Shown: piece after piece, positions 58,710 to 64,000 of the stretch
Numbering within the stretch: position 1 is the first letter of the stretch
Layout: the number at the start of each line of letters is the position of its first letter
Origin: Christensenellaceae bacterium Phil7
Lineage (GTDB): Bacteria > Bacillota > Clostridia > Christensenellales > CAG-138
Direction of reading: 5' to 3'
Length of the DNA stretch: 64,000 nucleotides
Assembly: GCA_001940845.1 (NCBI GenBank)
Contig: MSGV01000017.1
Span: 9,864-73,863 of the forward strand
Program-made: the position numbers and the translations under genes
Notes under the pieces: model-generated
Told to the model about the DNA's origin: nothing
Databases searched by the model: none
What the model saw: only the letters and a program-made list of their open reading frames with translations

Positions 58710-60476
58710 ATGGGTAAGAATACGAAACGAGGGGATGGTATGCTAAAAAAGATCATCCCGGCTGTCAAGGGCTATATAAAGCCATCCATCGGAGCATCGA
58801 TAATGATCCTCATAGAGGGTACGCTTGAAATTCTCATACCCTTTATGATGACCAAGCTCATAGCTGAGGGACTTAATACGGAAACTCCGAATATAAATGC
58901 CATCATCCGCATAGGCGGTATAATGCTTATCATGGCGTTTGCCGCGCTCGCTGCCGGAATGGCATGCGCACGGTTTGCATCGATCGCAGGTACGGGCTTT
59001 GCCTGCAACCTCAGGAATATGCTCTTCAAAAAAATCCAGGGCTTTTCCTTTGCCAATATCGATAAATTTTCGACCGCCAGCCTCATCACGAGGCTCACAA
59101 CGGATGTCAGCAATATGCAGATGCTCTTCGTCATGTGCATAAGGATGCTCGTGCGCAATTTCGTAATCATGGTTGCCGCATTCATCTTTGCTGCGGCCAT
59201 CAATCTTCAGCTTTCGCTGGTATTTGCTATTGCAATACCTCTGCTGGTATTCGTCATGTGGATCGTGGTCTCAAATGCCTACCCCCTCTTTGAAAAGATG
59301 CTGAATAAATTGGATCTCATGAATGCAAGGGTTCAGGAAAATCTGATCTCCATCCGTGTTGTCAAGGCATTTGTCAGGGGCGACTATGAGACCGTAACCT
59401 TTAATGAATCGGCCGATGCCCTAAAAAGGGCGCAGGTCAGAGCCGAAAAGATCGTTGCATGGATGAATCCGCTGACCCAGTTGATCTTCTATGCAGCCAT
59501 GATCGCCGTATGCTTCTTCGGCGGCAAGCTTATAGTTGGCGGAAGCATGAATGTGGCGGATCTCTCCGGCTTCCTGGCCTATATAGGTCAGATCCTTTCC
59601 AGCGTCATGATGCTCTCTGCGATCTTCGCAACATTCATAATGACCCGAGCCTCTCAAAAGCGAATCGTCGAAGTCCTTGATGAAAGGACCGATATCGATG
59701 ATAGCGATATTACCGAGGATATTCCCGTCATCGACGGCAGCGTTGAATTTCGCAGTGTTAATTTTTCCTATAGCAAAAACCCCGATAACCTCACCCTTTC
59801 AGATGTCAGCTTCTCCGTCAAACCCGGTGAAACCATAGGCATCGTCGGAGGAACGGGCTCCGCAAAGACCACGCTCGTGCAGCTCATACCAAGGCTCTAT
59901 GACGTGCTGGATGGAAGCATCCTCGTGGGCGGCAGGGATGTTCGGCAATATAAGCTGAATACCCTCAGGGACAGCGTGGCAATGGTACTCCAGACCAACC
60001 TCCTCTTCAGCGGTACGATAGAGGATAATCTCCGCTGGGGAAACGAGACCGCGACCATGGAGCAGATAGAAGCGGCCTGCCGCGCGGCACAGGCGCATGA
60101 TTTTATCATGCACTTCCCCAACGGCTATCAGACCGATCTTGGGCAGGGCGGCGTGAACCTCTCCGGCGGTCAAAAGCAAAGGCTTTGCATTGCAAGAGCA
60201 TTGCTGAAGAGCCCAAAGGTCGTCATACTGGATGATTCGACCAGCGCATGTGATACCGCTACCGATGCAGCCATTCGCCATGCATTGAGGACTGAGCTCA
60301 AGGGCACGACCACCTTCATAATCGCCCAGCGCATAGCCTCCGTATTGGATGCAGATAGGGTTATCATCGTCGATGATGGCAGGATAATGGCCATGGATAC
60401 TCCGCAGAACCTGCTGGAAACCAATGAAATATTCCGTGAGATATATGAATCCCAGACGAAAGGAAGTGTCGCTTAA
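58710..60476 (+). CDS. Heterodimeric ABC exporter subunit (degenerate ATP site)
   Basis: TM domain, GGTGSAKT, LSGGQKQR, LDDSTSA, IIAQR. Confidence 0.93.
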   Translation: MGKNTKRGDGMLKKIIPAVKGYIKPSIGASIMILIEGTLEILIPFMMTKLIAEGLNTETPNINAIIRIGGIMLIMAFAALAAGMACARFASIAGTGFACNLRNMLFKKIQGFSFANIDKFSTASLITRLTTDVSNMQMLFVMCIRMLVRNFVIMVAAFIFAAAINLQLSLVFAIAIPLLVFVMWIVVSNAYPLFEKMLNKLDLMNARVQENLISIRVVKAFVRGDYETVTFNESADALKRAQVRAEKIVAWMNPLTQLIFYAAMIAVCFFGGKLIVGGSMNVADLSGFLAYIGQILSSVMMLSAIFATFIMTRASQKRIVEVLDERTDIDDSDITEDIPVIDGSVEFRSVNFSYSKNPDNLTLSDVSFSVKPGETIGIVGGTGSAKTTLVQLIPRLYDVLDGSILVGGRDVRQYKLNTLRDSVAMVLQTNLLFSGTIEDNLRWGNETATMEQIEAACRAAQAHDFIMHFPNGYQTDLGQGGVNLSGGQKQRLCIARALLKSPKVVILDDSTSACDTATDAAIRHALRTELKGTTTFIIAQRIASVLDADRVIIVDDGRIMAMDTPQNLLETNEIFREIYESQTKGSVA

Positions 60477-62464
60477 TGAGTAATAAACAGACCGGTGCGC
60501 CCACCCCTCCCCACGGCGGCAAGGCAAAATCCATGAAGCCTAAGAATAGCAAAAAGACCTTCCTGCGCCTTGTTGGCTACTTCAAGCCCTACATCGTCAC
60601 CCTGATAATAGTTGCCGTCTGTATAATCGTTGCTGCCGAAGCAAATGTATACGGCACTGCACAGATAGAGACGCTTGTTGATTCGCACATCACCCCGATG
60701 CTCGTCAACGGCAGCAGCCCGGAGGCTTGGGCAGGCTTTGGCAAAGCGATCGGAAAGATGGCGCTCGTATACGGAATAGGCATCATCTGCATGTATCTGA
60801 ATGCCCGGCTCATGGTCAATGTCTCCACCGGAATTCTAAATGATATCCGCAAGCAGATGTTTGCAAAGATGCAGAAGCTGCCCATTCGGTATTTTGATAA
60901 GCATACCCATGGCGAAATCATGAGCCGCTATACCAACGATACGGACAGCATGAGGGAAATGGTCAGCCAGAGCATACCCCAGATACTCAACAGCGGCTTC
61001 CGCGTCATAAGCGTTCTGGTCATGATGATTATCCTCAGCCCAATGCTCACCCTGGTTGCGATAATCATGCTTTTCCTGATGGTGCTCGTCGTCAAAGCAA
61101 TCGGAAAGCGTAGCTCCGCCTATTATAAAACCCGCCAAGCCGCACTGGGCAAGGCCAATGGTTATATCGAGGAAATGACCGAGGGTCAGAAGGTCGTCAA
61201 GGTTTTCTGCCGGGAATCCAAGGTGGAAACCGAATTCGGCAAGATAAATGATGATCTGCGCAGGGCAGAGGCCGGAGCGAATACCTGGGCAAGTATGCTC
61301 ATGCCCCTCATGGGAAATCTCAGCTACATTCATTATACGATAACCGCGATTCTCGGCACCCTTATGATAATTGCTGCGGCATCCGGAAATTATATCTCAC
61401 TGCTGACCCTCACCGCAGGTCAGCTCATCACCTTCCTGCAATATACCAGGAATTTTGCTCAGCCCATCACCATGCTCAGCCAGCAGTTCAATTCCATACT
61501 TTCAGCATTGGCAGGCGCCGAACGCATATTTGAAATGCTTGATGAGGAGCCCGAGGTCGATGAAGGCCGCGTGACATTGGTCAATGCAAGGCTGGATGCC
61601 GACGGAACTCTCGCAGAATGTGCCGAACGCACCCATATCTGGGCATGGAAGCGTCCCGCATGGATCGAGACGATACAGAATGCAGATGGCTCGTTCGGCT
61701 CGCTTGAGCATCCAATGGAGCTCATCCGGGTTCGCGGCGATGTCCGATTCAAGGATGTCACCTTCAGCTATGATGGTGAAAAGATCGTGCTCGATGATAT
61801 CAGCCTCTATGCTAAGCCCGGTCAGAAGATAGCTTTTGTAGGCTCCACCGGTGCCGGTAAGACCACCATAACAAATCTCCTGAATCGTTTTTATGATATT
61901 CAGGAGGGTGAGATAACCTATGATGGAATTAAGCTTACCGATATCAGAAAGGATGATCTGCGCCGCAGCCTTTCCATGGTGCTTCAGGATACGCATCTAT
62001 TCACCGGCACCGTGCGCGATAATATCCGCTATGGTAAGGCGGATGCGACCGATGATGATATCATCCAGGCAGCAAAACTCGCAAATGCGGATTCCTTTAT
62101 ACGTCATTTGCCGAATGGCTACGATACCATGATCGAAAATGATGGCGAAAACCTCTCGCAGGGCCAGCGTCAGCTTCTTGCGATAGCGCGCGCCGCCGTT
62201 GCCGATCCTCCCGTCATAGTGCTGGATGAAGCAACCAGTTCCATCGATACCAGAACTGAGGCGCTGATCGAAAAGGGCATGGATGAATTGATGGATGGAA
62301 GAACCGTATTCGTCATCGCCCACAGGCTCTCCACCGTCCGCAACTCCAATGCCATCATGGTGCTGGAGCATGGAAAGATCATAGAGCGCGGCGATCATGA
62401 TGATCTCATGCGTGCAAAGGGCAGATATTACCAGCTCTATACCGGCGCATTTGAGCTCAGCTGA
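60476..62464 (+). CDS. Heterodimeric ABC exporter subunit
   Basis: GSTGAGKTT, LSQGQRQ, LDEATSS, IAHRLST. Confidence 0.93.
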   Translation: MSNKQTGAPTPPHGGKAKSMKPKNSKKTFLRLVGYFKPYIVTLIIVAVCIIVAAEANVYGTAQIETLVDSHITPMLVNGSSPEAWAGFGKAIGKMALVYGIGIICMYLNARLMVNVSTGILNDIRKQMFAKMQKLPIRYFDKHTHGEIMSRYTNDTDSMREMVSQSIPQILNSGFRVISVLVMMIILSPMLTLVAIIMLFLMVLVVKAIGKRSSAYYKTRQAALGKANGYIEEMTEGQKVVKVFCRESKVETEFGKINDDLRRAEAGANTWASMLMPLMGNLSYIHYTITAILGTLMIIAAASGNYISLLTLTAGQLITFLQYTRNFAQPITMLSQQFNSILSALAGAERIFEMLDEEPEVDEGRVTLVNARLDADGTLAECAERTHIWAWKRPAWIETIQNADGSFGSLEHPMELIRVRGDVRFKDVTFSYDGEKIVLDDISLYAKPGQKIAFVGSTGAGKTTITNLLNRFYDIQEGEITYDGIKLTDIRKDDLRRSLSMVLQDTHLFTGTVRDNIRYGKADATDDDIIQAAKLANADSFIRHLPNGYDTMIENDGENLSQGQRQLLAIARAAVADPPVIVLDEATSSIDTRTEALIEKGMDELMDGRTVFVIAHRLSTVRNSNAIMVLEHGKIIERGDHDDLMRAKGRYYQLYTGAFELS

Positions 62465-62523
62465 TGCATTGATATGCGGCTGACGGAGCCCGTTCTCCGT
62501 CAGCCATACAATAAAAAATATGA

Positions 62524-62886
62524 ATGAGGTTTTGCATGACAACCTTTGATAGGATCTATTTTATAGTTCGAATGATCCCGTATGGCAGGGTCGCCAGCTA
62601 CGGGCAGATCGCTGCACTCGCCGGAAATCCTCGCCTTTCGCGCGTCGTTGGCTATGCGCTGCATGTGAATCCCGATCCTGAGAACATCCCCTGCTTCAGG
62701 GTTGTAAATCGTGAAGGCCGTCCGAGCAGAGCCTTCGCCTTTGGCGGAGAAAACAGGCAGATATCGCTGCTCGAATTGGAAGGCGTAAAATTTATCGATG
62801 GCTGCGTGGATATGAGCAGCTTTCGTTGGCAGCCGGGCACCGATGAGCTTGCTGCTATAAGGGCTTTTATGGCCGATGAAGGATGA
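62524..62886 (+). CDS. MGMT/Ogt C-terminal-domain (alkyltransferase-like) protein
   Basis: IPYGRVASYGQIA.LAG.PR..RVVG.AL, IPCFRVVN. Confidence 0.88.
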   Translation: MRFCMTTFDRIYFIVRMIPYGRVASYGQIAALAGNPRLSRVVGYALHVNPDPENIPCFRVVNREGRPSRAFAFGGENRQISLLELEGVKFIDGCVDMSSFRWQPGTDELAAIRAFMADEG

Positions 62887-62902
62887 ACTCCCCATATGAA
62901 AT

Positions 62903-62942
62903 CGAGCAGGAGACGGCTCATTAGTTGAGCATTCTCCTGCTC
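62903..62942 (+). terminator. Hairpin downstream of the MGMT-like gene
   Basis: GAGCAGGAGA...TCTCCTGCTC stem. Confidence 0.55.
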
Positions 62943-63061
62943 TAGCTTGATACCAGCATAAATATTCGTCGTAAAAAGTGTTGCATAGTAACAAATTATT
63001 GTTGTAATTTCTGTTTTCAGTTGTTATAATAACCATAAGCAATGGCTTGGAGGTGTATCTA

Positions 63062-63127
63062 TTGCCGATGACTATTCTGAGGTCCTTTAAGTCCGGCGAA
63101 ACAAATGGATCAGGTGATCTCGTATAA
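63062..63127 (+). CDS. Putative 21-aa small protein MPMTILRSFKSGETNGSGDLV
   Basis: TTGTAA-17-TATAAT (63002-63030), GGAGGTG RBS (63049-63055), TTG start, hairpin at 63136-63162. Confidence 0.45.
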   Translation: MPMTILRSFKSGETNGSGDLV

Positions 63128-63135
63128 TCGAATAG

Positions 63136-63162
63136 TCGGCTGCTCATTAATTGAGCAGCCGA
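63136..63162. terminator. Hairpin between convergent transcription units
   Basis: TCGGCTGCTCA-TTAAT-TGAGCAGCCGA. Confidence 0.65.
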
Positions 63163-63171
63163 TCTCATTAT

Positions 63172-63726
63172 CTAAAACCCTGCCGGTGCGGCGGGCATAT
63201 CCTCATCAAAGCGTAGCACAAATTCCCTATCCGTGATCGTTTCATCGGCGGGTATGGAGGCAAATATTGGCGTTCTTCCATTCTCAAGGGACAGCATGAA
63301 TGAGCCATCCGGGCCCTGTATGCCCGCACTCGCAATAAGCACTTCGTTTTCATCATAAAATTCGATCCATACGGCACAGTTCAAAGCCTCCGGATAGCTA
63401 TTCACAACATAGCCATCCAAAAAGGTATCGCCATGCGCTTCGAATACCCGAATATTTTCAAACCGCAGATACTGCTGGAAATGATCGCTCCCGATTATCG
63501 GATTTCCGAGTGCATCCCGTCCATCCCCGCTATCCGATGGGTCCATGGTCGCTTCGGGCGTCGGGGTCTGCGGCTCTATAGTCACCGTCGGTATCGGCGT
63601 CAGTGCAGGTTCGAGCCTTGGGGTTGTATTGCTGCATCCTGCCAGCACCAGCATTGATACAAGCGCAAGCATTATCAGCCTTTTTCCATACCCCCTATTC
63701 ATGCTGCGCAATTTCTCTATGCTCAC
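63172..63726 (-). CDS. Hypothetical lipoprotein
   Basis: Lipobox LAGC, Pro/Thr linker, beta-rich domain. Confidence 0.65.
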   Translation of the reverse strand: MSIEKLRSMNRGYGKRLIMLALVSMLVLAGCSNTTPRLEPALTPIPTVTIEPQTPTPEATMDPSDSGDGRDALGNPIIGSDHFQQYLRFENIRVFEAHGDTFLDGYVVNSYPEALNCAVWIEFYDENEVLIASAGIQGPDGSFMLSLENGRTPIFASIPADETITDREFVLRFDEDMPAAPAGF

Positions 63727-64000
63727 GAATGAGCTTGTTCTTCAAATCATATAGACCATCCGAAAGATCGACCCTATATACATGAGGGTTCAGGAGACGC
63801 TTGCTCTCCTCCCAAAGGCTATCCATTTCGCTCTTTGCATAATCGGTGATCTCAGCCATTGTCGGGCATTTATAGACCAGCTCCCCATTTACAAATATGG
63901 GAACGAGCAGCTCACGCATGGTGTAATCGGTAAGTGTCATACGCTTGTAGGTATATTCTGGATGATAGATGGTGAGAGGCTTGCTCGTATCGAATTTCTC
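63695..64000 (-). CDS. pncB: Nicotinate phosphoribosyltransferase, C-terminal part
   Basis: RELLVPIF.NGELVY..P...I..Y....MDSLWEE.KRL.NPH.Y.VDLS. Confidence 0.8.
   Translation of the reverse strand, partial: EKFDTSKPLTIYHPEYTYKRMTLTDYTMRELLVPIFVNGELVYKCPTMAEITDYAKSEMDSLWEESKRLLNPHVYRVDLSDGLYDLKNKLIREHREIAQHE

Noticed and set aside
63065-63110. Hammerhead-like CCGATGA...CGAAAC
   Set aside because: The core deviates from CUGAnGA and I could not form convincing stems
62500-63168. 222-aa minus-strand ORF
   Set aside because: Runs antisense through the MGMT-like gene, two hairpins and a promoter; no recognisable motif or RBS

Overview
Chromosomal window from a spore-forming Clostridia-type (Bacillota) bacterium (sigH, cotJC, rlmB-mrnC, buk, ECF transporter). 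Bases 1-~7905 are the right end of a temperate prophage: start of a replication protein, a tyrosine recombinase with its own 11-6-11 site, early genes, a cro/cI switch, a voltage-gated K+ channel gene, a Pro/Thr-stalk lipoprotein and a large serine integrase. The prophage appears to be inserted inside the spore-coat manganese-catalase gene cotJC, at the EExxH metal-ligand codons, and a small early gene behind a sigma-E-like promoter is a candidate sporulation-timed excision factor. Further on are tRNA-Tyr with a decayed RelB/PIN islet, an accessory block (acyltransferase, PolY/YolD split by a chromate-transporter pair) bracketed by two diverging copies of an unannotated leader element, and a low-GC tnpV-AraC/GGDEF-MFS-sigma cassette. 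Core genes occupy 22.9-51.2 kb and include an orphan Card1-like nuclease and an ArgRS-like protein with no catalytic core. A mosaic island at tRNA-Gly has ~500-bp and ~100-bp direct repeats and carries SLOG and DUF3990-HTH genes. The window ends with a MarR-ABC exporter, an Ogt-like gene, a self-contained 21-codon transcription unit and the 3' end of pncB. All family assignments come from motif recognition by eye; no database search was run.
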